DNA from: Eledone cirrhosa
Lineage: Eukaryota
Direction: 5' to 3'
Assembly (NCBI GenBank): GCA_964016885.1
Contig: OZ024746.1
Coordinates: forward strand, 46,252,001-46,316,000
DNA: 64,000 nt
In this document: piece by piece, positions 11,004 through 23,259 of the stretch
Position numbering within the stretch: the first letter of the stretch is position 1
Layout of the letters: each line of letters begins with the position of its first letter
Made by a program: the position numbers and the translations under genes
The notes under the pieces: model-generated
Told to the model about the DNA's origin: nothing
Databases searched by the model: none
The model's input: only the letters and a program-made list of their open reading frames with translations

Positions 11004-12353
11004 ATGATTGCACATGCGGTAGGGGCCAGCATAAAATTAACCCTTAAGGAACATGTGTTCAAATTTAATGGTAAAACATATGCCCAAGAGGAAGGAGCAG
11101 CCATTGGTGTTAGCATTGCAGGCGACATAGCTAACTTATTCATGGTATGGTGGGACAGTAGACTTAAACAAAAACTTAAAGAACAATTAGAAGACAGCTT
11201 AACCCTGATAATGTACTCCCGCTACGTAGATGATATAAACATCGTAGTTAAGACACCCTCACTAAAGAACAGTCAGGAACTAGAGAAAAACACAATGGAA
11301 AGCATCCAGCAAATAGCAAACTCCATCCACCAGAGCATTAGAGTTACTATAGACTACCCAAGTAGGCACCCCAACCATCGATTACCTGTACTAGACACAG
11401 AGCTCTGGTTAGATACCATTAACAACCAAAAACAAATCCTCCATTCCCATTATGCCAAACCCATGACTTCCAAACATCTGATCCACCGAAACTCGGCCAT
11501 TTCGGATCATACCAAAATCAACATACTGATTGCGGATTTGGTACGGGTGATGAGAAATGTGTCCCGCATGTACAACCCCGAAGAACTAGAGAGACACATA
11601 CAACACTTCATCCACCGTATGCAGTTCTCTGGCTACAATCAGAGAGATAGAATCAGAGTGTATAGAGGAGCCAGAACCAAATGGGAAAAAATGGTAAATA
11701 ATGACATAAATGGGACCTGCCCCTTGTATAGGAGCAAATTTTGGAATAGAATAGAAAGAACTAGGAACAAGGCCAATAGAATAAACTCATGGTATGATAG
11801 CAATAAATACCAGAGTGTAATGTTCATCAATACAACCCCTAGAGGCGAACTAGCCTACAAATTTAGAAGGGCCCTAAATAAACATAAACTCAATATTAAG
11901 ATAGTAGAAAGACCAGGTACCTCCGTAAAAACACTTATTAGCAAGACATACCCGTTCCAAAGACCCTCATGTATAGATAAGAAATGTATAACCTGTAAAA
12001 TAAGCGCCCATATTAACTGTAAAACTAGAAATGTAGTGTATAGCATAAGATGTACTGAAGGACAATGTAGAAACAAAAATATAGTGTACATAGGTGAGAC
12101 AGCTCGTAGTATAGGGGAACGAATAAATGAACACTGGCGTGACCTTCAAGATAATAAAGAATCATCTGTGCTCTACCAACATGCTAAGATAGAACACAGG
12201 GGTAAATTAGAGAACATAGAAATAAAAATAGAATCCACACACAGAAAAGATGCAATGTTTAGGCAAATTAGAGAGGCAGTAAGCATAAAAGAATTACAAC
12301 CAAAATTAAATAGAAAATATGAGTGGAACAGCAACATCACAACTTACAATTAA
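11004..12353 (+). CDS. Penelope-like ORF, C-terminal part (RT palm/thumb, Cys-rich linker, GIY-YIG endonuclease); 5'-truncated but uninterrupted
   Basis: FKFNGKTYAQEEGAAIG, YSRYVDD, LPVLD, CIDKKCITC...CKTRNVVYSIRC, YIGETARSIGERINEH, REAVSI...LN. Confidence 0.9.
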   Translation: MIAHAVGASIKLTLKEHVFKFNGKTYAQEEGAAIGVSIAGDIANLFMVWWDSRLKQKLKEQLEDSLTLIMYSRYVDDINIVVKTPSLKNSQELEKNTMESIQQIANSIHQSIRVTIDYPSRHPNHRLPVLDTELWLDTINNQKQILHSHYAKPMTSKHLIHRNSAISDHTKINILIADLVRVMRNVSRMYNPEELERHIQHFIHRMQFSGYNQRDRIRVYRGARTKWEKMVNNDINGTCPLYRSKFWNRIERTRNKANRINSWYDSNKYQSVMFINTTPRGELAYKFRRALNKHKLNIKIVERPGTSVKTLISKTYPFQRPSCIDKKCITCKISAHINCKTRNVVYSIRCTEGQCRNKNIVYIGETARSIGERINEHWRDLQDNKESSVLYQHAKIEHRGKLENIEIKIESTHRKDAMFRQIREAVSIKELQPKLNRKYEWNSNITTYN

Positions 12354-12828
12354 GGACAAAATGAAAACACACACACACATAGAACAAACAACCAACCAAC
12401 AATAAATAAATAAATAAATAAACAAATAGATAAATGAACACAAACACACACAGACACCCGGATGTGGCACATGCGCAAACTGAGCACACAACACACACAC
12501 AGAAACAAAATGGCGTAGGACAGAAGAAAGGAAAGGCACAGAAACAAAGAAAGGAATCCCCCGTCACTGAAGAGGTCACAGAGTGTGTGACGAAAGGACT
12601 ATGACTATATATAAACAACTATCTGGTTGTGGAACCAACCAACCAGAAATTTATAAGTTTGTAGATTTGTAAATTTATAAATTTATAAATATATAATAAA
12701 TTGAAGTGAAAGCAACTGGTGCGTGTGTTTCTTATTGGCAACATGACCCTCCCAAAGTATAACAATATCGGTTTCAACACACGATTTCAGATAAAGAATC
12801 TTGCTAAACAAATTTAGAAACGAAATAT
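12354..12828 (+). repeat. Pseudo-LTR (3' UTR + 5' UTR + first ~28 codons)
   Basis: Repeated at 16434-16912; contains the hammerhead, AATAAA and the ATG at 12743. Confidence 0.9.
12563..12605 (+). ncRNA. Minimal type I hammerhead ribozyme
   Basis: GTCA-CTGAAGAG-GTCACA gagtg TGTGAC-GAAA-GGAC-TA-TGAC; predicted cleavage after A12601. Confidence 0.75.
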
Positions 12829-15800
12829 CGTAAGCCTTAGCCAGGCAAACAAGATACTGAAAACCACCATGTTCTGTTGTCTACGAAAAACCATAACATC
12901 TCGACAACTATCCTTCATAAAGCTGTGCGCCACTGCCAGAATCTACACTAACACCATCAATACCGACGTTAGAAGATTACAACTCACCAAAAAACAAGAG
13001 ATAGGCTAAAACGAACTTTAATTCTAAACATAAAAAAGAAGATCTATAGAGAATTAAGTCATCAAGAAAAACAAAAGCGTAACCTAATACAAGAATTAGC
13101 TATAATCACCACACCAACAGAGAAACTAATATATATAAGCCTTATACGCCCCGAAGAACAGTACATTACTCAAGAATGTGATAAGCACTTTAACAGGAAA
13201 CTAAAGTGGCTTAAACAGGCAAAGCTAAATCAGGATACTATAGAGTATACCAATAGATATCCCGACAAAATTGACGGTATCAACATGGCCGACACCTCAT
13301 TATCAGAAGAGTTCAACAACAAAAACACCAACATTTATGGGAACACAAAAATAGATAATGATGAAATGTCTGTGTTATGTCTGCCGCCCAAATTTGCGAC
13401 ATTCAAGAAGGTAAATATGATTAGTTGTCTGTCAGAAATAGAAAAATCATTTACAAAACTACGCTGGAGCATCAAAAACAAAAGCAACAATATACGCACA
13501 CACATATACAACACACATCCCAACAACAACAGACACACAGACACAAACAACAATAACAACAACACACACATCAACAACAACAACAATAGCAACATACCCA
13601 GAAACAACAACAACAGACACGCAGACACAAACAACAATAACAACACACACAACAACGATAACACACACGGAGACAACAACAACACACGTCAACAACAGCA
13701 CACATCAACAACAACAACACACACGCATTCAATGCCTCTCACCACCACCACAATCTTAACAAACACACAGACACAGAAAACAAGTAATGACAGTAGCACA
13801 GAAATCAGAGAAATAAGGGAAAGTAATAAGATTAAATGGAAAAGGAGATGGGAGACTAAGGACAAAGAGAATAACCAAGACGAACACACAGACACACAAA
13901 ATAGGGTAGATAACAACATTGAGCCAGTGGAAAGAGACAGGAGTAATTATGAGAGACATAGAAACAACCATGAGGCTGTTGGTGGAAATAGAAATAGAAA
14001 CAACACAACTAACAATAACAATAGCACTAGTACACATAAAGCAGCAGCCTGGAACTCTCCGTTTTATAATCCCTCCGATAAATCATTCGACCTGCGACGA
14101 GTCCACGCCACGACTTTACCATTTAACAAACGCACGCAGTTGCCGTCGCAGGTCGATGAACAAACAGAAGCACAATTTAGTATAGCTAAATCCGAACTTA
14201 GAAATATTATAGAACAGTATAGCAAGAAGCATAATAGAATAGAGGCCCAGCAACTGGGAGAAAAATCTGCAAATGGCTTGCGTAAGCTCATGCAGCGCTC
14301 ACGTAATGGAGAGATAGCATGCTTTCCAACAGACAAGTCTGGCAGAATGTCGGTTGACAGCCTGCCAAACTACATCCAGGCAATGCAACCCCACATCACT
14401 AACGCAAGAGAGGTAACACCACAGGAGCATGAGGATAGAGAAAAAGCCCTCAATGCCCATATGGTGATGTGGACGAATATAATGCAGCCCAACAAAGGGA
14501 CTGCCAACAACTTCCAGGCCTGGAACAATGACGTGCCGGCATTGGATGGGCTTCGAAAAGACCATAAAACGGGCTGTGACCCTGTCGCGGGACCACCAAC
14601 ACGGCCAGTCTGTGGAGCTAACATTGCTAGTAACTACAGACTGTCCTACTTCCTCTCCCTGTTCATACGCCCCATCATTGAGATGTCCCCAGATGTATGT
14701 GACAGCACGGAGGACCTCCTCAGCAGAATCGGCGCGGGTAACCGATCTGGGGACCTAACAAACTGCATAATAGGCAGTATGGATGTTGTGTCCCTGTATC
14801 CATCTATTGACGTGGATTTGGCTGTGGAGAAATGCGTAGAAATGATCAGCGAGAGCAAGGTTGAGTTCCGTGGGATTGATACCAGTGAGCTGGGACTTCT
14901 ACTTAAGCTTACCCATAGTAATAGTTACCTAGACACTTATGACCTTAGCAACCTGTGCCCTACAAGACCAGCAAGAGGCAGACCACCTACCATTACCTCA
15001 ATGGCCAAGAAAACCCACACAGATAGATGGAACGGGTGGACCAGAGCCATACGGACACCCGAAAACCACGATGAACTGAAGAAAATGATTGCACATGCGG
15101 TAGGGGCCAGCATAAAATTAACCCTTAAGGAACATATGTTCAAATTTAATGGTAAAACATATGCCCAAGAGGAAGGAGCAGCCATTGGTGTTAGCGTTGC
15201 AGGCGACATAGCTAACTTATTCATGGTATGGTGGGACAGTAGACTTAAACAAAAACTTAAAGAACAATTAGAAGACAGCTTAACCCTGATAATGTACTCC
15301 CGCTACGTAGATGATAAAAACATCGTAGTTAAGACACCCCACTAAAGAACAGTCAGGAACTAGAGAAAAATACAATGGAAAGCATCCAGTAAATAGCAAA
15401 CTCCATCCACCAGAGCATTAGAGTTACTATAGACTACCCAAGTAGGCACCCCAACCATCGATTACCTGTACTAGACACAGAGCTCTGGTTAGATACCATT
15501 AACAACCAAAAACAAATCCTCCATTCCCATTATGCCAAACCCATGACTTCCAAACATCTGATCCACCGAAACTCGGCCATTTCGGATCATACCAAAATCA
15601 ACATACTGATTGCGGATTTGGTACGGGTGATGAGAAATGTGTCCCGCATGTACAACCCCGAAGAACTAGAGAGACACATACAACACTTCATCCACCGTAT
15701 GCAGTTCTCTGGCTACAATCAGAGAGATAGAATCAGAGTGTATAGAGGAGCCAGAACCAAATGGGAAAAAATGGTAAATAATGACATAAATGGGACCTGC

Positions 15801-16433
15801 CCCTTGTATAGGAGCAAATTTTGGAATAGAATAGAAAGAACTAGGAACAAGGCCAATAGAATAAACTCATGGTATGATAGCAATAAATACCAGAGTGTAA
15901 TGTTCATCAATACAACCCCTAGAGGCGAACTAGCCTACAAATTTAGAAGGGCCCTAAATAAACATAAACTCAATATTAAGATAGTAGAAAGACCAGGTAC
16001 CTCCGTAAAAACACTTATTTGCAAGACATACCCGTTCCAAAGACCCTCATGTATAGATAAGAAATGTATAACCTGTAAAATAAGCGCCCATATTAACTGT
16101 AAAACTAGAAATGTAGTGTATAGCATAAGATGTACTGAAGGACAATGTAGAAACAAAAATATAGTGTACATAGGTGAGACAGCTCGTAGTATAGGGGAAC
16201 GAATAAATGAACACTGGCGAGACCTTCAAGATAATAAAGAATCATCTGTGCTCTACCAACATGCTAAGATAGAACACAGGGGTAAATTAGAGAACATAGA
16301 AATAAAAATAGAATCCACACACAGAAAAGATGCAATGTTTAGGCAAATTACAGAGGCAGTAAGCATAAAAGAATTACAAACAAAATTAAATAGAAAATAT
16401 GAGTGGAACAGCAACATCACAACTTACAATTAA
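12743..16433 (+). pseudogene. Full-length Penelope-like RT/GIY-YIG ORF (~1230 aa reconstructed), disrupted
   Basis: ATG 12743 (MTLPKYNN); TAG at 12815 (CAG in the 3' pLTR); -1 frameshifts at ~12992 and ~15340; TAA at ~15390; motifs TDKSG, GLRKDHK, PTRPVCG, SMDVVSLYPSI, YVDD, GIY-YIG. Confidence 0.88.
13480..14040 (+). repeat. (AAC/ACAC)-rich low-complexity insert encoding an Asn/Thr/His-rich tract
   Basis: In frame within ORF 13285-15345, upstream of the RT core. Confidence 0.85.
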
Positions 16434-16912
16434 GGACAAAATGAAAGCACACACACACATAGAACAAACAACCAACCAACAATAAATAAATAAATAAATA
16501 AACAAATAGATAAATGAACACAAACACACACAGACACCCGGATGTGGCACATGCGCAAACTGAGCACACAACACACACACAGAAACAAAATGGCATAGGA
16601 CAGAAGAAAGGAAAGGCACAGAAACAAAGAAAGGAATCCCCCGTCACTGAAGAGGTCACAGAGTGTGTGACGAAAGGACTATGACTATATATAAACAACT
16701 ATCTGGTTGTGGAACCAACCAACCAACCAGAAATTTATAAGTTTGTAGATTTGTAAATTTATAAATTTATAAATATATAATAAATTGAAGTGAAAGCAAC
16801 TGGTGCGTGTGTTTCTTATTGGCAACATGACCCTCCCAAAGTATAACAATATCGGTTTCAACACACAATTTCAGATAAAGAATCTTGCTAAACAAATTCA
16901 GAAACGAAATAT
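16434..16912 (+). repeat. 3' pseudo-LTR
   Basis: Repeat of 12354-12828; runs into (TA)n. Confidence 0.9.
16643..16685 (+). ncRNA. Minimal type I hammerhead ribozyme
   Basis: Identical to 12563-12605 (offset 4080). Confidence 0.75.
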
Positions 16913-16967
16913 ATATATATATATATATATAAAGTATTTTAGTTGTTATATATATATATACAACTGT

Positions 16968-17170
16968 TCACACAGCTGTAGAAATGAGTTGTAATGACAT
17001 TGGAGCTAAGCTGTATTGGCTTTTGCTTTTCCTTAGGACAACATTGGTGGCATGGAGAGGGGAGACTGGCTTACTGGTCTTCCACAAACAACCTTACCCA
17101 GATATGTGTCAAAAGGAAATTTTTTAAGTGCAAATCCCATGGTCATTTGTGACTGAAGGAGGTCTTTTCT
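16968..17170 (+). mobile_element. 5'-truncated CORE-type SINE, tail family C
   Basis: CAGCTGTAGAAATGAGTTG followed by a tail matching the reverse complement of 31640-31770. Confidence 0.65.
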
Positions 17171-17175
17171 TTACC

Positions 17176-17254
<79 letters not shown>

Positions 17255-17639
17255 TTGTATATTGTTAGCTTGGCCACAGCCAAAACTTCGATTTTACTGA
17301 ACTTCCATTTGTATATATATATATATTATATAAGGAGAAGGGTTTAGATCGATATTCAGTGATTTCAATCTTGTTTTCAATTTGCTCAACAAATTCATTT
17401 GGAGCACACATCCTTGTCATCATCATTTTACGTCCACTTTTCCCTGCTTGCAAGGGGGGGGGGGGGACATGCATAGGATTAATTGTAATACAATATTCCG
17501 AGTCAGAAGCCTAAGCTATGAAAACAGTGTAATTATTGTATTGATAGATTAACATATGAAAACGTTAATGTAATCACAATTTCATCAAATTGAAACAGCC
17601 AGTATTCTCCTAGTTTAGCAAACAAAAATCAGCCGGAGT

Positions 17640-18314
17640 ACATATAACTTTGCACCTCACTCCGCTTACTTCTCAGCTATTCTCCCCATCACTACACTTC
17701 TCCCTCCCTACACTAGTGACCACACCACCCATGCCTCCCCCTTTATTATTGCTTAGGTATTCTCACCAACACTACCATCCCCTATACTATCAGAGGTCAC
17801 CCCCTTCCCCCTGCTCATACTCCTGTCAAATCAACCCCAACTTACATCCATGATTTCATATTTATCTCTCTTCTCCTCTCTGTCCCAACCCCTACAGAGC
17901 TGAGGGCAATTAACTTGGGACAATAATTGATCCTTCTAGTGCCACTAAAATGCATTCAGTACACCCTGTATGGTGGTTGGTGATAGGAAGGGTACCTTGC
18001 TGTAAAAACATGCCAAAAGTTACATCAATGGCATGATAATCACTCTAGTGTTGGTGAGCTACATGATAAACAAACCCAGTATATGCTGTAAAGTGATTGG
18101 TCGTAGTAAGGGAATCTAGCCATAGACAGCTAGCCAAGTAAAGGTTTGGAAGGCTCTTCACTTGTGTCAAAATAACCTACCTTGTAATGGTACCATAATA
18201 AAATGCACTTGGTAGAACAATCTTCTGGCCTGACTGGGAGGTTAGTAGATCCACTTGGCGTGAAGACTCATCCAACCCTTGTTAGCAGGGAAAATAGATA
18301 TCAAATGATAATAA

Positions 18315-18354
<40 letters not shown>

Positions 18355-18481
18355 GCATCCAGCTGTAGAAACTAAACCAGAAACATTTCTGTGTGAGTAA
18401 GACATGGACACCTGACCCAACTTGCCTCAAAGAGGACAACCCATCTAACCCATGCTAGTGTAGAAAAATGTACGTCAAACA

Positions 18482-18530
<49 letters not shown>
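17640..18530 (+). mobile_element. Cluster of degenerate non-coding RTE-UTR-derived fragments
   Basis: C-rich segment, repeated CTGTAAAGTGGTTGG..AGGAAGGG modules, CTAACCCATGCTAG and (GAT)n tails. Confidence 0.5.
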
Positions 18531-18814
18531 CATATATATAAATACACACATTGTTAGATTACCCTGCATTATATTGTTATGCTGTACTGCAGGAAACATG
18601 CCTCACCACACAAGTTGGATAAAAATTCTTTATACTATATGCATAGCTTCCACGTACATTAGAATAGTCATTGTGGTGTTGTCAATCATGCCTTTAAAGT
18701 CAATTGTTGTGATAATAAGGTTATTCTTTGTTTGTTATTGAGGTAGTCTGAAAGAGAGTCTCATAAAGCTGTTCTTTTGTTCATGTCAGTCTTGATTTAT
18801 GGTTCATATACATT

Positions 18815-18865
18815 ACCCATGCTAGCGTGGAAAATGGACGTTAAACGAAGATGATGATGATGATC
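18815..18865 (+). mobile_element. Ultra-short RTE 3' terminus insertion
   Basis: ACCCATGCTAGCGTGGAAAATGGACGTTAAACG + (GAT)n, as at 53911-53966. Confidence 0.75.
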
Positions 18866-19301
18866 ACTGTTGCTGCCATATTACCTATGACTGATGTAAG
18901 TTTATCTGTTTTGTCACATACTCTGACTACTTCAAATTCTTTAGTTATCCATTTATGTGCCAAAAATATTCTTACACTAAACATATCTATGATTTAAAGT
19001 TATTTGCAAAAATGGGAAGGACATTGATAGCTTAACATCTACTGCAAATCCGATTATTCAGGATATTGTGATGGGGTTGAGATAAAAAAAATGTAGTGTT
19101 GTAACCCTGAAACATGGAAAACTGACAGAAGGTAGAGGGATTGAACATGCAAGTGGCCAGATATTAAAGAAGTGGAAGAGGCAAGATACAGATATTTAGA
19201 AGTCTTTGAATTGGATAAGATCAAAGAGAAATAAATGAAGATGTTAAAGAAAATACAGGTGAGAATTGTAATGTCATCTAAATTGAATGGAAGGAATAAG
19301 A

Positions 19302-19530
19302 TTAACCCTTTAATATTTAAACTGGCTGTATCTAGCCGGAATTCTCTCTCCTCTTTCTGTTCAAATCAGCTGCAATCAGCCACTCATACCAATGTTAAGG
19401 TATTATTCTCAAAATAAATAACATCAAAATCTCATAGCTTTCATATCATGTTTGATTATTATGTGAGGAAAAGCATTTACCATGAAAATATAAAAGTAAA
19501 TATATAATAACATAAATGCTAAAGGGTTAA
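19302..19530. mobile_element. piggyBac-like MITE nested in the R4/Dong relic
   Basis: TTAA-CCCTTTA...TAAAGGG-TTAA; removing it rejoins NKI|KAV of the host element. Confidence 0.8.
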
Positions 19531-20537
19531 GGCTGTCTCTCATGTACTATGGGGCAGGAGTTATAAAATGGAGAAAAGATGAAATGGAAAGTATTGATAT
19601 GAAAACCAGGAAATTGATGACAAGACATAAAGAACTCCACATGAAGAGTGATGTCATAAGATTTTATGTTGCAAGAAATACAGGAGCTAGAGGACGAATA
19701 AGTTCTAAAAATTGTGTCAAAAGTGAAGTAAACAACCTAGCTTGGTACCTTAAAAATGTAAGGGGGTGACATCATGTCAAATGTAAAAGCCCTCGACACA
19801 CTGAAATTTGTTGATGCAGTAGCACCTAATGAGTGCGAGAATTGAGTGAAAAAAGAATTTAAAAGAAATAGAAGGATAAAGCTTTGTATGGACTGTACAC
19901 AAGAGATAAAGTTGGCATTTGAAAGGAGCTGGCAGTGGCTTAAAAATCGTTATCTTAAAGAATGCACTGAAACTCTGGTGTGTAGCATCCAGATGCAGGC
20001 TCATTAAACACCATATTTACAAAACGATAAAATAACCATTATAAACAATTTGTCGAACAAAAGGAGAAATTATCAACTATATTGTAAGTGAATGTGTTAA
20101 ATTAGCACAGCAAATATACAAAAAAAAACAAAAAAATGGCACGAGAATGTTGCCAGATATATCCATTGGATCATATCTGAGAAATGTGAGTTTGTTAGAG
20201 CAACTAAATGGTATGAGCAGAGAGCAGAAGGGATGCTAGAGAATGTGAAATTAAATTTTTTGAGAAATATTACCACCCACTATGGTAGTATGATTGAGGC
20301 AAGAAGGCCAGAGATCTTAATTGTGAACAAGAAGAAAAAAGAGGCTCAAATTATCAATATCTCTATCCCAGGAGATAGAGTAAATGATAAAGAACATGAA
20401 AAGGAGAAGTATGAGCCAAAGAAGAAGGAGGTTGGAAAGGTGTGGAGGATGAAAAAGGTTTTAATGATTCCAGTGGTGATCAGAGCATTGGGATGCATGT
20501 TAGACAGTTTTGAGGACTGGAATTGTTGCAAGGTTAC

Positions 20538-20685
20538 AGATCATGTGGAAAACAACATTTCTTAGCATAGCAAAGATCATGTGGAAAACAACATTTCTTA
20601 GCATAGCAAAGATCATGTGGAAAACAACATTTCTTAGCATAGCAAAGATCATGTGGAAAACAACATTTCTTAGCATAGCAAAGAT
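20538..20685 (+). repeat. Perfect 36-bp tandem repeat x4
   Basis: Unit AGATCATGTGGAAAACAACATTTCTTAGCATAGCAA, no spacers. Confidence 0.95.
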
Positions 20686-22880
20686 TTTTAAGGTACGTCT
20701 TCTATATATGGCAAGGCACAAGAGAGGATACAGTGAGGGTCTTTTGTCAACTTGTTGTTGACTGCTCCCTAACTGAAATATCCACATCATTTAACATCTA
20801 AGTGTCTGAGTTCTTATACATAAATGAACCATAATAATATTAATAATAATAATAATAATGAAAATTAGTTAAATAATGCATTAAAATCACCAAACGTCTT
20901 TGTGTAAGACTGCTGTGTCAATGTTTTGGGGCATAAACGAAAAATATACATACATTATTCAAGACATGAAGGTAAAATTAATGCTTGATTCACTTCATCC
21001 AAAATGAATTAGATGAGATATATGCAACTTTGAATCACTCTAAGGCAGTTAATAATATTTTATGTTCAAGATCAAGGCAAGATTTCTTTATATTATCCGT
21101 GCAGTTTCTAATTTGTTATATAAGAGAAAGTGATTATTGATTTTTGGATGCATAATTTGTGTTTTATAAGGTGTATGTGTATGTTTATTTGCACAGAAAT
21201 ACACATACACACATATGCACTCACACATACACACCCACACATATATGATGATGATGTACACACCCACCCACACATATATGATGATTATGGCTGCAACTCA
21301 GTTTTGAGTAATACCATCACTTGATACTTAAACATGAACATCACACTCATGGCTTTTTAGTCCTGCTATGGACTTGCCTATGGCCAAACCATGCCATGCA
21401 TCACACAAAATGTCACATATCAAGCAATGCCTGTGCTTGAAGCTTTTTAAAGTGAGGAAAGGCATAGCATGGGCTAATCCCACTCTCTGAACATCGAATG
21501 CATTTACCCAAAAAGTAGAAATGGTCTACATAATAGGATGCAAACAAAATCGCGGGTTTATATCAGAGTGACCTTCTCCTAGAGAGATGTCTTAATGAAG
21601 ACTAGGAGTCTCTCACTCCATAAAGATAAAAAAAGAAATACACATTACATTGTTTGAATTGGAAGGTTCAATGTCTTATAGTGACCAGTAGTTTATCCCA
21701 AGAAGAATTCTTTGGACTAAAGTGTTGAGAGCACAAGGCAGGAAAAAAGACTAACAATACATATGAAGCATGATCAGAAACATATGAATTATCTGATGTG
21801 GATTTATTTCATTCATGAGTCCAGGAATTTCAAATTTATACAGGGTTTATGTAATTATATGATATTCATGCTTTTCCAAAGTGCGCTACAGCTGGATATT
21901 ACATCTAGATTTTACTGATTCAGCTATTAAGAAGCTTATCCTCTCTCTTCCCCAGTGTGCTCAATTGACAGTTATTAGTACTTTAACTAACTTAAGGAGA
22001 GTAGAGATGACACAAAGACACCATCAGCTAGATAACTAGCTGTATCTAGTTTGATATCTATTCTATGTTCAAACATCATCATCAACTTTGTACTTAATCC
22101 CTTGAAGTGTTGATAAACTAAGTACTGGTAATATAGTGGTATATATCTTATTTTTACTATCTTCCCCTTCAAAACATTGACCTTGCAACAAGCAAAAAAA
22201 AATCAAAAAAAAAAAATCAATATTTGTATTGGTAAGATGAAATAAAAACAAAAACACAGAAAATTAAAGAATACAAATATTGAAAGTAAAAACAAAATAA
22301 TCTCTTGTATTTCCACCTCTGTCCATCAGATACACAGACATCTCCATGGTTTCTACATTATGAAACATCATCTTTGTTGATTAGATGTAGTGAACTAGAA
22401 ATATTCTGACATAGAACTTGCCACCAGCTTAGCTATAATAAAGAGATATTTCTTTGTTTTCTACTGTTTTTCCTTAGAAATTGAAGATAAAGAAAATTGC
22501 CATTCCACTTCATCCTTCTTTCCTGAGATAGTTCACTCTTCACGTTATTCCAGCATAGCATGTGATGACTAAGTGAAATATCTTGCATCTTTAATTTATA
22601 TACTAAATTTTTATTGCAATGACTTTTCTTTCAACATCTTTATTTTAACAATAACAGAAGTTGATGTGAGGTTGCTTTGGTGTAGTTATTTTAATTTTAT
22701 CATAAATTTATTTGGGGGTATTAGATAAATTCTTGGTGTTACTTCCACCTGCCTTTCCTGACCAGAATTACTCAGTCAGATAATGATTAGGTGTAATTTT
22801 AAATTACAATTCATTGGCTCACTAGAATAAATATGTTAACACACCTTTTTACTAAATTATAATTAGATCTCTTATTTAAA

Positions 22881-23193
22881 GGCATGTGGCTTTGTGGTTG
22901 GGGTATTCGGTTCACCATTGTAAGGTTGGGAGTTCGATTTCAGGTGGTGTGTTGTGTCCTTGAGCAAGACACTTTATTTCATGTTGCTCTACACCACTCA
23001 GCTGGCAAAAATGAGTTGTACCTTTAACTCAAAGGGACTGCTTTGTCACATTTTGTGTCATGCTGAATTTCTCTGAGAACTATGTTAAGGGTATGTTTGT
23101 GGAATGCTCACCTACATGAACATTAATTTTATGAGTGGTGTGTTGCATTGATCGTATCAACTGGAACACTCATCATAACCAACAGAGTGCCAC
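22881..23193 (+). mobile_element. CORE-type SINE, tail family B
   Basis: tRNA-like head with GTTCGATT, the same CORE block as family A, a different tail shared with 41960-42280. Confidence 0.8.
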
Positions 23194-23259
23194 AGTTATA
23201 TAATTAAATCTTATATTTCTAAAGAAGCCACACATATAGATTATACATTTCTGAAACAA

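Larger units (their letters stand above)
10640..16912 (+). mobile_element. Penelope-like element: inverted pLTR + 5'-truncated copy + full-length copy
   Basis: 10981-12828 is a near-identical direct repeat of 15062-16912; 10640-10981 is the reverse complement of 12431-12768; RT plus C-terminal GIY-YIG; (TA)n on both sides. Confidence 0.95.
18980..20860 (+). mobile_element. Degraded R4/Dong-clade RLE non-LTR retrotransposon (3' half)
   Basis: DLKLFAK, YRYL, SKLNGRNK, YGAGVIKW...IDMKTRKLMT...H.KSDV.RFYV.R, HENVARYIHW, RRPEILIVNK, IPVVIRALG; (TAA)n tail. Confidence 0.85.

Noticed and set aside
20538-20685. 36-bp repeats as a CRISPR array
   Set aside because: No spacers, no cas genes, eukaryotic context; the unit derives from LINE coding sequence
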